Assembly (NCBI GenBank): GCA_040902925.1
Contig: JBBDWJ010000365.1
Coordinates: 1 to 59,307 of the forward strand
DNA from: Bryobacterales bacterium
GTDB lineage: Bacteria; Acidobacteriota; Terriglobia; Bryobacterales; UBA6623
Direction: 5' to 3'
DNA: 59,307 nt
Shown here piece after piece: positions 9,801 through 19,050 of the stretch. Below the pieces are notes generated by a model, which saw nothing but the letters and a program-made list of their open reading frames with translations, made no database searches and was not told the origin of the DNA. Positions within the stretch are counted from its first letter, which is position 1. Every line of letters starts with the position of its first letter. The translations under genes were made by a program, and so were the position numbers.

Positions 9801-10257
9801 GAAACGTGGTCATCGAGAGCATCCCGTTGCCGCGTGAAAGATCGCGCTCGGGCAGCATCTCGGGGATGATGCCGTACTTCGCCGGGCTAAAGAACGCCGA
9901 CTGCAGGGCCATCAGAAACAGCACCGCGAGCATCGCGGGGAAGCTTTGCCACACGAACGCGGCGAGCGCCAAACTCATCGCTACGATTTCGAGGGCCGAA
10001 GTCGCGATGAGCACGCTGCGCTTGCTGCATACATCGGCGAGGTGCCCGGCGTATCCGGAAAAAAGAAAAAACGGCAGCACGAACACCGCCTGCGCCAGCG
10101 AGGCATAAGTGCTGCCCTGCTCGATGCTCAGCGCCGCGTTCACCGCGACCAGGGAAACGGCCATCTTGTAGAGGTTGTCGTTGAGCGCGCCCAGAAACTG
10201 CGCCCACACGAAAGGTTGAAAACCGCGGATGCGAAACAGGTCTTTATAGTTGCCCAT
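6826..10257 (-). CDS. Fused lysophospholipid transporter (MFS, LplT-like) / acyltransferase (PlsC-like) / acyl-ACP synthetase (Aas-like AMP-binding)
   Basis: 1143-aa ORF. The N-terminal ~400 aa are polytopic and MFS-like. Central HX4D acyltransferase motif (ANHVSYVDG). C-terminal adenylate-forming motif (IFSSGSTGQPKGVMLSH), then GYGATE and a late GKLDLKKL. Confidence 0.9.
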   Translation of the reverse strand: MGNYKDLFRIRGFQPFVWAQFLGALNDNLYKMAVSLVAVNAALSIEQGSTYASLAQAVFVLPFFLFSGYAGHLADVCSKRSVLIATSALEIVAMSLALAAFVWQSFPAMLAVLFLMALQSAFFSPAKYGIIPEMLPERDLSRGNGMLSMTTFLAIILGTSAGGLLFAASGGATWRLGLVLVAVAVAGLLTSFRIMRVPPSGARKPFRLNPWAEVSDGLRLVRGDRPLWLCVLGVSYFWFLGAALQISVLLFGKSVIGAGDLSTSLLVTSIALGIGVGSMIAGRWSGDKVELGLAPLGAFGMGVSCLWISQVETFAPAMAALILLGLAGGFFIVPLQSFLQARSPERERGRIFAANNFLNTAGMLLAAALCWVLHDWAGLGAAQAIGILGMLTLVSTLYVLKTVPEYLARFVLWLATHTLYRIQIVGRENIPSRGPALLVANHVSYVDGFLVGACVQRLIRFMVFRPYFEKRGLNTILRRMHAIPVAAGSRSDVMESLERARKELHEGHVVCIFPEGEISRTGNLLPFKRGLERIVAGLDVPIIPVYLDGVWGSLFSFARGRSFWKRLRGVPNRVTVLFGSPLPSSTSAREVRQAVLELGAEAADHRRQPDDLLHLQFVRAAKHNWRSLAMADSTGKQLTYGQALTCSLIVARKIRSMCQGEKMIGLLLPASVGGALANVSTLLAGKIPVNLNFTAGREAMESAVAQCSIRTILTSRLFVKKAGIAEMQGMVFLEDMLREITVFEKASSAAAAFLLPAPALTAIHRGAGDSRSLATVIFSSGSTGQPKGVMLSHHNVISNLEAMRQLFSLEKGDRFMGVLPFFHSFGFTATLWLPLTTGVGACYHANPMDAKTIGEVVARHRATLMMATPTFYAAYVRKCTAEQFSTLRLALVGAEKLRQPLAREFRDKYGIELMEGYGATEMAPVISVSRPDVVDGRIRQSGRKEGSVGHPLPGVAVKVVDPEAVVDFDASLESSEALPANREGMLLVKGPNRMMGYLGQPEKTSEAVRDGWYITGDIATVDEDGFVRITDRLARFSKIGGEMVPHIRVEEIATEALNGAPCAVTAIPDDRKGEQLVVFYSSADFSSDELWKRLAASELPKLWVPRRENVRCIDEIPILGSGKLDLKKLRHMAANYGPSLMTR

Positions 10258-10491
10258 GTTCTTTGGAACTCTCCAGTACTCGTAGCGCCCGGTGGCCGTG
10301 TGGCTTTCCGGATTAACTTTAGAGAAAGCAGGCCTGTATCCAAATGGGCATTGCCAGATAACCGGCTTGTTGTCAATAGATTGCGATCCGATAGACCGCT
10401 TTCTTTAGATGATTTACGGCGTGACGATATACATGGGATGCTCAGCGCCTGTACGCCTACTGTACGAACGGTTAGACTCTATGTAGCGTCC

Positions 10492-12042
10492 ATGGCATTT
10501 CTTTCCAAGCCCGAACGCGCCTTCCTCGATGCCGTCTCCAAGCTGGCTTCGTGCAATCCGTTTCAGCCGCAACGGGTCGACTACGAGCGGGAAGCTTTGG
10601 GGGAAGATTTCGAATCGGACGAGGCCGTCTGGAGCATGCGGGTCGCGGATCCCGAAAAACCCAGGCCCAACACCTGGAAGATCCACGAGCGCGTCGAGTC
10701 AATGGCCGGCCCGCTACGCGAGCGCGTGTTGCGGGGAGAGGCGGCGCGTGAGCGGGACCTGATCCTTTACGAGGACGCGATCCTTTTCTTCCTCTATCAC
10801 CGCTACGTCGACCGCTTGTTCGAGAACGCCGATCCCGCGAAGAGCGCCGCCAAAAAGCCCTGGGGATTCTACGGCGACTTTCTGCGCGACTGGAATCATT
10901 ATTTCGATCTGCGGGACCGCAAGTTGCCGAGCGGCCATGAACCTGGTCACACCTTTGCCTGCTTTTCGCAGATCTCGCGGGCGTTCTTGCAGATTTTCAC
11001 GTACATCATCGGCAGCTCGCTGTCGGCGGCGCGGTTGCGGGCCGCGGTCTGGCAGTCGGTGTTCACGCACGACATCCAGAGGTACCGCCGGGTGCTCTAC
11101 GCAAACATGGGCGACTTCGCAACGCTCATCACCGGTCCTTCGGGAACGGGTAAAGAACTGGTGGCGCGGGCCATCGCTCTTTCCCGCTACTTGCCGTTCG
11201 ACGCCGGGCGGATGATGTTCCCCTCCGACGCGTCCGATTCGTTCCGCGCCATCAACCTGGCGGCCCTCTCGCCGACGCTCATCGAATCGGAGCTGTTTGG
11301 CCACCGCCGCGGGGCGTTCACTGGGGCCGTCCAAGACAGAAAAGGTTGGCTCGAAATGTGCCCGCCGTTGAGCTCGGTGTTTCTCGACGAAATCGGCGAC
11401 CTCGACGCGGCGATCCAGGTGAAGCTGCTGCGAGTCATCGAGACACGCCAGTTCCAGCCGGTTGGCGACAACTCGCCGCGTATTTTTCACGGCAAGCTGA
11501 TCGCCGCCACCAATCGCGACCTCGGAGCGCTGATGCGAAGCGGCGGTTTTCGCGAGGATTTCTATTACCGGCTGTGCTCCGACCAGATTGTCACGCCGTC
11601 GCTATGCGAGCAGCTTCGGGAATCGCCCGAAGTGCTGCGGGAGCTGATTCTGTTCATGACGCGGCGGGTCTGCGGGGCCGAGGCCGAAGCGCTTGCTGCC
11701 GAGGTCGAGGACTGGGTGAGAAAAAATCTCGGCTTGCGCTACGAGTGGCCGGGAAACTATCGCGAGCTCGAGCAATGCGTCCGCAACGTCGTGATTCGCC
11801 GTGAATACCGCCCCCCAAGCCGCGAGACCGCGCCTCCGGGAGAGGCCCTGGCCGAGGCGATGGAGCAGGGAACGATTACCGCCGATGAGTTACTCAGGCG
11901 GTATTGCACGATGGTTTACGCCGCGACCGGCAGTTATGAGGAAACCGCGCGGCGGCTCCAGATGGACCGCCGCACTGTAAAGAGCCGCGTCGACGAAGAG
12001 CAACTCGAACGGCTGAAGGAAGCGGAATCAGCCCTTGGCTGA
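10492..12042 (+). CDS. Sigma-54-dependent transcriptional activator (bEBP, Fis-type HTH) without a receiver domain
   Basis: AAA+ Walker A ITGPSGTGKELVARAI, intact GAFTGA loop (HRRGAFTGA), ESELFGH, and C-terminal HTH YEETARRLQMDRRTVKSRV. The ORF-track start at 9946 overlaps the divergent gene. The first plausible ATG is 10492 (alternative 10438). The N-terminal ~190 aa match no domain I recognise. Confidence 0.85.
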   Translation: MAFLSKPERAFLDAVSKLASCNPFQPQRVDYEREALGEDFESDEAVWSMRVADPEKPRPNTWKIHERVESMAGPLRERVLRGEAARERDLILYEDAILFFLYHRYVDRLFENADPAKSAAKKPWGFYGDFLRDWNHYFDLRDRKLPSGHEPGHTFACFSQISRAFLQIFTYIIGSSLSAARLRAAVWQSVFTHDIQRYRRVLYANMGDFATLITGPSGTGKELVARAIALSRYLPFDAGRMMFPSDASDSFRAINLAALSPTLIESELFGHRRGAFTGAVQDRKGWLEMCPPLSSVFLDEIGDLDAAIQVKLLRVIETRQFQPVGDNSPRIFHGKLIAATNRDLGALMRSGGFREDFYYRLCSDQIVTPSLCEQLRESPEVLRELILFMTRRVCGAEAEALAAEVEDWVRKNLGLRYEWPGNYRELEQCVRNVVIRREYRPPSRETAPPGEALAEAMEQGTITADELLRRYCTMVYAATGSYEETARRLQMDRRTVKSRVDEEQLERLKEAESALG

Positions 12043-12152
12043 GACGGCGGAAAGTCGTCTCCCGAATCGTCGCTACACTAGAAGCAGGACGATCAATAGC
12101 GGCGAGGTCGATCCGCTGCAAAAGATGGATTCGCCGCACGCTCCTACCCTCC

Positions 12153-13166
<1,014 letters not shown>

Positions 13167-13212
13167 CCGCCGCGAGCCAACCCGCCGTTTGAGAGAGGCG
13201 GCCTTGGAATTC

Positions 13213-13644
13213 TCAGGAATCGCGATTCGAATCCCATTTGTGCGGGTGCCGGAGTCCTTCCGGCAAATGGGTTTTTTCGTCTCCGAAAGACTCGGCGAGC
13301 TGTTCCTGGGTGAGGTCCTCGGCGGTCCGCAGATCGGCTCCTCGCAGATCCGTGCGCTCCAGGTCGACGCCAAGCAATCGAGTGCCGACCAGATTCGCCC
13401 CCTTCAGATTCGCGCCGCTCAGGTCGGCCCCATTGAGATTCGCCATGACCAGGTTGGCTTTACTGAGGTTCACGCCGGACAGGTTGGCTACCAACAATTC
13501 CGCGTGGCTCAGGTCGGCCCCGGCAAGGTTCGCGGTCTCCTGGGGGTTCTCGGCCTTCCATCGGTTCCAGGAGTCCACGTCGCTCCGAATCAGCTTCACG
13601 AGTTTTGGGTCTGCCATCGGTTCCTCGAGTCTGGGCGCCGGCAC
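13213..13644 (-). CDS. Pentapeptide repeat protein
   Basis: 143 aa with an uninterrupted A(D/N)LxG-type pentapeptide run ([63 protein letters not shown]). Confidence 0.85.
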   Translation of the reverse strand: MPAPRLEEPMADPKLVKLIRSDVDSWNRWKAENPQETANLAGADLSHAELLVANLSGVNLSKANLVMANLNGADLSGANLKGANLVGTRLLGVDLERTDLRGADLRTAEDLTQEQLAESFGDEKTHLPEGLRHPHKWDSNRDS

Positions 13645-13829
13645 GTGCCCGTCTCACCACTAGCGGGTTCGACGACGCGGCCAGCCGGGCGAATCAGCCC
13701 GAAAGGAACCATCCTACAACGCGCGGCAGGGCGCTGTCTCCGCGCGGTCCCGAAGGCCGCGATGGTGATATGATACCTGCCCGGACCGTGGTGTCCCAGC
13801 CGGACCGCAGTGTCCCAGGAGGAATCGCC

Positions 13830-14756
13830 ATGTATTCGAGACGAGACTTCGGAAAGATCGCGCTGGCCGGTCTGCCGCTGTCGGTGGCGCTGGCTAAGAT
13901 TAACTCCGAGTTCAACGGAGTGCGTATCGGCGCGCAATCCTACAGCTTTCGCGACCGGTCGCTCGACGAGGCGATTCAGGCCATGGCGGAGATCGGTATC
14001 GGCGAGTGCGAACTCTATTCAGGCCATGTGGAGCCCAGAGTGGAAAGGCCCCGCCCCCAGGGCGCTCCCGAGAAAGCGGAGAAAAAAGGCGGTGGGCCTC
14101 GCGGCGGTCCTGAAGCCGAGGCCAGGCGTCAAAAGCTGCGGCAATGGCGCTTGTCGGTGCCGCTGTCGGAGTTCGAAGCCACCCGTAAGAAATTCGACGA
14201 CGCCGGCATCACGCTGTTCGCATTCAATGTCAGTTTCCGGGATGATTTCACCGACGAGGAGATTGATCGCGGCTTCGAGATGGCGAAGGCGCTCGGCGTG
14301 AAGATCATCACGGCGTCTTCGACGTTGACAGCCGCCAAGCGGGTAGCGCCGTTCGCCGACAAGCACCGCATCACGGTCTCGATGCACGGCCACTCGAACC
14401 TGGCCAACCCGAGCGAGTTCGCCACACCCGAAAGTTTCGCCAAGGCCAACGCCATGTCGAAGTATTTTGGAATCAACCTCGACATCGGCCACTTCTTCGC
14501 CGCCGGGTTCGATCCGGTCTCCTACCTTGAGCAGCACCACGACCGCATCCAACTGCTGCACATCAAAGACCGCAAGAAAGATGACGGCCCGAATACCCCT
14601 TGGGGAGAGGGCGATACGCCCATCAAGGAAGTGCTGCAACTTCTGAAAGCGAAGAAGTACGCCATCCCCGCGAATATCGAGTACGAATACAGTGGCGAGG
14701 ACACGGTCGCGGAGGTCCGAAAGTGCCTCGAGTACTGCAAGCAAGCGCTGGCTTGA
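13830..14756 (+). CDS. Sugar phosphate isomerase/epimerase (xylose-isomerase-like TIM barrel), exported
   Basis: Start chosen at the ATG preceded by AGGAGG (13817-13822). Tat-like N-terminus [25 protein letters not shown]-barrel-like segments ([31 protein letters not shown]). Confidence 0.8.
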   Translation: MYSRRDFGKIALAGLPLSVALAKINSEFNGVRIGAQSYSFRDRSLDEAIQAMAEIGIGECELYSGHVEPRVERPRPQGAPEKAEKKGGGPRGGPEAEARRQKLRQWRLSVPLSEFEATRKKFDDAGITLFAFNVSFRDDFTDEEIDRGFEMAKALGVKIITASSTLTAAKRVAPFADKHRITVSMHGHSNLANPSEFATPESFAKANAMSKYFGINLDIGHFFAAGFDPVSYLEQHHDRIQLLHIKDRKKDDGPNTPWGEGDTPIKEVLQLLKAKKYAIPANIEYEYSGEDTVAEVRKCLEYCKQALA

Positions 14757-14787
14757 CCTTCCGATCGCCTAGCCTCTAAAGACGAGA

Positions 14788-14820
14788 CCGGAGGTCTGTC
14801 CGTTGAGGGACAGCCTCCGG
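14788..14820. terminator. Bidirectional stem-loop between convergent genes
   Basis: ccggaggtctgtcc-gttgag-ggacagcctccgg forms a 13-bp stem with one bulged T. It sits between the stop at 14756 (+) and the amt stop at 14835 (-). Confidence 0.6.
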
Positions 14821-14834
14821 CCAAACGTCGCGGC

Positions 14835-16238
14835 TTATTGCTGGCCCATCGGATCGCCGGAGTAGGCCTCCATGCCCATCTCGGAGATGTCGAGGCCGAT
14901 GGATTCCTCTTCGGCGCTGACCCGAATTCCCAGCGTCATCTTGATAACGAACCAAGCGGTGAGGGTCACGGCCAGCGTGAATCCAGCCACTGCAAAGGTT
15001 CCAATCAACTGCGCTTGCAGCGATTCGAAGCCGCCGCCGTTGAACAATCCGTTGGCGCCTCCACCGGGGGCGTCCGCGGTCGCAAACAGCCCCACGGCGA
15101 TCGTGCCCCAGATGCCGTTCGCCAGGTGCACCGACAACGCGCCGACCGGGTCGTCAATCTTGAGCTTGTCAAAGAACAGCACGGCCGGGACCACAATCAG
15201 TCCGGCGATCAAGCCGATCACGGCAGCCGAGGTGACGCTCACGAAAGCGCACGGCGCGGTGATGGCCACCAGGCCCGCGAGCGCGCCGTTGACCGTCATG
15301 CTGAAGTCCGGCTTGCCGAGCACGATCCAGGCCAGCACTGTAGCGCTCAAAATGGCCGCGCAACAGGCAAGGTTCGTGGTCATCGCCACATGGGCGATAG
15401 CGTTGGGGTCCGCCGCCATGGTGCTTCCGGGATTGAATCCGAACCACCCCAGCCAAAGAATAAGTCCACCCAGGAACACCAGGGCCATGCTGTGGCCAGG
15501 GATCGGCTGCACGCCACCACTGGGTTTGTACTTGCCGCGGCGCGGCCCCAACATCAGGATGCCCGCCAGGCCGGCCCATCCTCCGACCGCGTGTACCACC
15601 GTCGAGCCGGCAAAATCGCGAAAACCCATCCCAGCCAGCCAGCCGCCGCCCCAAATCCAGTGTCCCGTGATCGGATAGGACAAACCGACAAGCACCAGCG
15701 TGAAGACCATAAAGGACTTGTAGTGGATCCGCTCCGCGACGCAACCGGAAACGATCGTCGCGGCCGTGCCCGCGAAGACGAGCTGGAAGAAGAACTTAGC
15801 GAGTAGCGGGACGCCGGTCCAGTTCAAAGAGCCGAAGACTCCTTGATAGGCATCGGCCATGGCGGGACTATTGTCGGCGCCGCCCAGGAACCAACCATTT
15901 AGGCCGATAAACAATGTGCCGTCGCCGAACATCATTCCGAAGCCGGCCATCCAAAACGCGATCGTAGAGAGCGAGAAAACGACGAAGTTCTTGCCAAGAA
16001 TATTTGTCGCGTTCTTGGCGCGGCAAAGTCCCGCCTCAACACAGCCGAATCCGGCATTCATCCAAAAGACCAAAAACCCGGCGACCATGACCCACAATGT
16101 GTCCACCATGACCTTCAGTTCGGCCGGTGTAGGTCCTGTCGCTTCAGTGGTTTGCGCGAACGCAGTGGCGGCGAAGAGAGCCCCTAATACAACGGGAAGC
16201 GCCTTGCGTCCGTGCGCTCTGACAATCGCAGTTGCCAT
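14835..16238 (-). CDS. amt: Ammonium transporter (Amt family)
   Basis: 467-aa polytopic protein with a signal peptide. Amt-like segments DTLWVMVAGFLVFWMNAGFGCVEAG, STVVHAVGGWAGL, VHLANGIWGTIAVGLF. Confidence 0.95.
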   Translation of the reverse strand: MATAIVRAHGRKALPVVLGALFAATAFAQTTEATGPTPAELKVMVDTLWVMVAGFLVFWMNAGFGCVEAGLCRAKNATNILGKNFVVFSLSTIAFWMAGFGMMFGDGTLFIGLNGWFLGGADNSPAMADAYQGVFGSLNWTGVPLLAKFFFQLVFAGTAATIVSGCVAERIHYKSFMVFTLVLVGLSYPITGHWIWGGGWLAGMGFRDFAGSTVVHAVGGWAGLAGILMLGPRRGKYKPSGGVQPIPGHSMALVFLGGLILWLGWFGFNPGSTMAADPNAIAHVAMTTNLACCAAILSATVLAWIVLGKPDFSMTVNGALAGLVAITAPCAFVSVTSAAVIGLIAGLIVVPAVLFFDKLKIDDPVGALSVHLANGIWGTIAVGLFATADAPGGGANGLFNGGGFESLQAQLIGTFAVAGFTLAVTLTAWFVIKMTLGIRVSAEEESIGLDISEMGMEAYSGDPMGQQ

Positions 16239-16651
16239 GACGCTTTTTCTCCTGACGGTTGCTCGAAGATGATTCGGGAAAATTGCGGAGGGGATTGAGT
16301 CGTTGCACGCCCCGGCGCAATACCGACGCGACGGGGCGTAAGTACAGAAATAACAGTAGGCGGTTTCTAAGGGAAAGGCAAAATGAAAGATTTGATGCGC
16401 GCCAGAAGAATTTCCTATCTGCCAAGGCGCCCCCCGGCCGGCACCGTGTGACCCTCGGCTTAAGGGCCCAGGGTAGCGCGGGCTAACCTACCCCTTCCTT
16501 AGCCGGCGGTTAGAAGCTCGACGCAGATGACCGGGTTTCTTGGGTGCCGTGTCGCGGCCACAACTTGTGCGGCCACGCCGCGAACTGCGCTAGCGCGCAT
16601 CTCAAAGATTCACTGACCAGCAAGGACTGCGACCAAGCCATGGGACAATAA

Positions 16652-16804
16652 GTGATTGCCCATCAAAAAGCCTCGTCCGCCGAAATCGCCGAAACCGTTC
16701 GCGGGGCTATAGCGGAGTTTCGGGATGGCCGTCCGCAAGACGACGACCTGACGCTGATCTCGGTAAAGGTCCCCGGGCAGGCTCACGGCAACAAGGACAA
16801 CTGA
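16652..16804 (+). pseudogene. C-terminal remnant of a SpoIIE/PP2C-type phosphatase
   Basis: 50 codons closed upstream by an in-frame TAA (16649-16651). They read VIAHQKASSAEIAETVRGAIAEFRDGRPQDDDLTLISVKVPGQAHGNKDN*. The ..AEEI..I...F.....QDDD.TLI.VK ending is the typical C-terminus of SpoIIE-family phosphatases, and no catalytic domain lies upstream. It falls below the ORF-track length cut-off. Confidence 0.5.
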
Positions 16805-16820
16805 CGAACCCCGAAGCGCA

Positions 16821-18308
16821 ATGAGTAGCCCTGCCAGCGCCGAAGGCCAGAAGCTGGTGCTGTTGGCCGGAGCCACCGGCTACGTTGGAGGCCGGCTCAA
16901 CAAGGCACTGGAAGCCGGCGGCCGCCGCGTGCGCTGTATGGCGCGCAAAACGGAGTTCCTGCGCCCGCGGGTCGCAGCGTCCACGGAGGTCGTCCAAGGG
17001 GACGTCCTGGACGAAACATCCCTGCGCGCGGCGCTTCAAGGTGTCGGTACCGCCTACTACCTGATCCACTCGATGGGCTCGGGCGGTGATTTCCGCGAAA
17101 AGGATCGCCAGGCCGCCGAGGGATTCGCCGCCGCCGCTCACGAAGCCGGTGTGCGGCGGATCATCTATCTGGGCGGGCTGGGCAGCGACAAAGACCTTTC
17201 GAGTCACCTGGCCAGCCGCCAGGAGGTAGGCCGCATCTTGCGCGAATCAGCCGTGCCCACGATCGAGTTTCGCGCCTCGATCATCATCGGATCGGGCAGT
17301 CTGTCGTTTGAAATGATCCGCGCGCTCGTCGACAAGCTGCCGGTCATGGTCACGCCCCGCTGGGTGCGCGTGATGGCGCAGCCGATCGCCATCGAAGATA
17401 TCGTCGCCTATCTGGTCGCCGCCCTGGATATCGACCAGCACGAGAGCGCTGTGTTCGAGATCGGGGGCGCTGAGCGGGCCTCTTATCTGGACATCATGTC
17501 GGAATACGCCCGCCAGCGCGGGCTCAAGCGACTGATGATCCCGGTGCCGGTTCTCACGCCGCGACTCTCCAGCCTTTGGCTTGGTCTGGTAACTCCGCTC
17601 TACGCGCGAATCGGCCGGAAACTTATTGATAGCCTGGCCAACGAGACCGTAGTCACCGACGATTTGGCTTCTCGCGTGTTTTCGATCCGTCCGCGCGGGT
17701 TGCGGGAAGCCATCGAGCGCGCCTTGCTGCACGAAGACCTCGAATTCGACGCCACGCGCTGGTCGGACGCCGTCTCCTCTTTGGGGGAAATGCCATCCTG
17801 GGGCGGCGTGAAGTTCGGCTCGCGGCTTATCGATTCGCGATCCGTCCACGTGCCCGCCGCTCCGGAAGAATGCTTTCGGACGATTCAACAAATCGGGGGA
17901 GAGGCCGGCTGGTATTGGGGGGACTGGCTTTGGCGCTTGCGCGGCTTCCTGGATCTGTTGGCAGGCGGGGCCGGCATGCGCCGCGGCCGCCGGCACCCTC
18001 TCGAGATTTCAGCGGGAGAGACGGTCGACTTCTGGCGCGTTGAGGCTGTCGAGCCCAACCGCCTGTTGAGGCTGTACGCGGAAATGAAATTGCCGGGCAG
18101 GGCTTGGCTGCAATTCGAAGTCGATCCCGACGCTTCCGGCTCCACGATTCGCCAAACCGCCTTGTTCGACCCGCGCGGTTTTTTGGGTCTGCTCTACTGG
18201 TACACGCTATACCCTGTCCACGGCCTCATCTTTTCGGGCATGCTAAACGGCATCGCGGCAGCCACCCAGCGCCGTATCCAGGGCCAACCGAAACGGAAAA
18301 CCACATGA
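16821..18308 (+). CDS. NAD(P)-binding SDR/NmrA-like protein fused to a DUF2867-like C-terminal domain
   Basis: 495 aa. Rossmann motif LLAGATGYVGGRL at the N-terminus. The long C-terminal half resembles the DUF2867 domain commonly fused to such SDRs (call from memory of the architecture). Confidence 0.75.
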   Translation: MSSPASAEGQKLVLLAGATGYVGGRLNKALEAGGRRVRCMARKTEFLRPRVAASTEVVQGDVLDETSLRAALQGVGTAYYLIHSMGSGGDFREKDRQAAEGFAAAAHEAGVRRIIYLGGLGSDKDLSSHLASRQEVGRILRESAVPTIEFRASIIIGSGSLSFEMIRALVDKLPVMVTPRWVRVMAQPIAIEDIVAYLVAALDIDQHESAVFEIGGAERASYLDIMSEYARQRGLKRLMIPVPVLTPRLSSLWLGLVTPLYARIGRKLIDSLANETVVTDDLASRVFSIRPRGLREAIERALLHEDLEFDATRWSDAVSSLGEMPSWGGVKFGSRLIDSRSVHVPAAPEECFRTIQQIGGEAGWYWGDWLWRLRGFLDLLAGGAGMRRGRRHPLEISAGETVDFWRVEAVEPNRLLRLYAEMKLPGRAWLQFEVDPDASGSTIRQTALFDPRGFLGLLYWYTLYPVHGLIFSGMLNGIAAATQRRIQGQPKRKTT

Positions 18309-18781
18309 CTCGCTCCGCAATCGGTCTTCTCGTCTTTCTGGCGATCTGTCTGTTCACAGCCCAATTGGGCTCGATGCTCACGCGGCCCTCGATCGGAAGC
18401 TGGTACGCCGCTCTCGCCAAGCCCGCCTGGACGCCTCCCAACTGGCTGTTCGCCCCAGTCTGGACCACCTTGTACGTCCTGATGGCGGTCGCCGCCTGGC
18501 TGGTCTGGAAGAACCACGGGCTGCAAGCAGCCTCGGCTGCGATGAGCCTGTTTGGTGTGCAACTGGCCCTGAACGTTGGCTGGTCCGCGCTTTTTTTTTG
18601 GCTCCACCGGCCGGGCCTGGCGTTCGCGGAGATCGTGCTGCTCTGGGTGCTGATTCTCCTGACGATACTGGCCTTCTGGAAACTCTCTGTCACAGCCGCG
18701 TGGCTGATGATCCCTTATCTGGTTTGGGTCGCTTTCGCCGCAGCCCTCAACTTCGCCATCTGGCGAATGAACGGATTCTGA
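18305..18781 (+). CDS. tspO: TspO/MBR tryptophan-rich sensory protein
   Basis: Start at ATG 18305, overlapping the upstream stop (ATGA). 158 aa with five TM segments and Trp-rich motifs (SWYAALAKPAWTPPNWLFAPVWTTLY, LALNVGWSALFF). Confidence 0.9.
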   Translation: MTRSAIGLLVFLAICLFTAQLGSMLTRPSIGSWYAALAKPAWTPPNWLFAPVWTTLYVLMAVAAWLVWKNHGLQAASAAMSLFGVQLALNVGWSALFFWLHRPGLAFAEIVLLWVLILLTILAFWKLSVTAAWLMIPYLVWVAFAAALNFAIWRMNGF

Positions 18782-18791
18782 AGGCTTGGGA

Positions 18792-18868
18792 TGGTGGGCG
18801 CGGCAGGACTCGAACCTGCGACCTCCTGCGTGTGAAGCAGGCGCTCTAACCAACTGAGCTACGCGCCC
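18792..18868 (-). tRNA. tRNA-Val (anticodon CAC), CCA encoded
   Basis: The reverse complement folds as a canonical cloverleaf: GGGCGCG-TA-GCTC-AGTTGGTTA-GAGC-G-CCTGC-TTCACAC-GCAGG-AGGTC-GCAGG-TTCGAGT-CCTGC-CGCGCCC-A-CCA. All four stems are fully paired, and U33 and A37 flank the CAC anticodon. Confidence 0.95.
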
Positions 18869-19050
18869 CCTGGAAGGCTCCTTTTGATTCTAAACTACCG
18901 GGCCGCTCTTCTCGCAACACCCGCGCGAAGAACGCGGTCGCTAGGCGCCACGGCGGCGGCTTGCGGTCGCCCCGGCTTGCCCAGCGGCAGCGCCCCACGC
19001 TGTCTTCCGCGAACCGGTGCGGAGAAGGCTCCGACTACCGCCATACCCGG

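Noticed and set aside
10371-10376. Perfect TTGACA (-35) on the minus strand upstream of the lplT-aas fusion gene
   Set aside because: No acceptable -10 hexamer lies 16-18 nt downstream (the best is CAATGC). Acidobacterial promoter rules are uncertain, so I make no call.
9946-10491. N-terminal 182-codon extension of the sigma-54 activator ORF
   Set aside because: It overlaps the 5' end of the strongly supported divergent lplT-aas gene and reads as Arg/His-rich shadow sequence. Recognisable protein begins at about 10492.
16144-16425. 93-aa ORF upstream of amt as a possible PII/GlnK remnant
   Set aside because: The translation bears no resemblance to PII proteins, with no MKKIEAII or GxxGDGKIF-type motifs.
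18782-19050. tRNA-Val as an integration site for a genomic island
   Set aside because: There is no integrase, no direct repeat of the tRNA 3' end, and no compositional shift on either side. The flanking genes (tspO and a lineage-typical secreted protein) look native.
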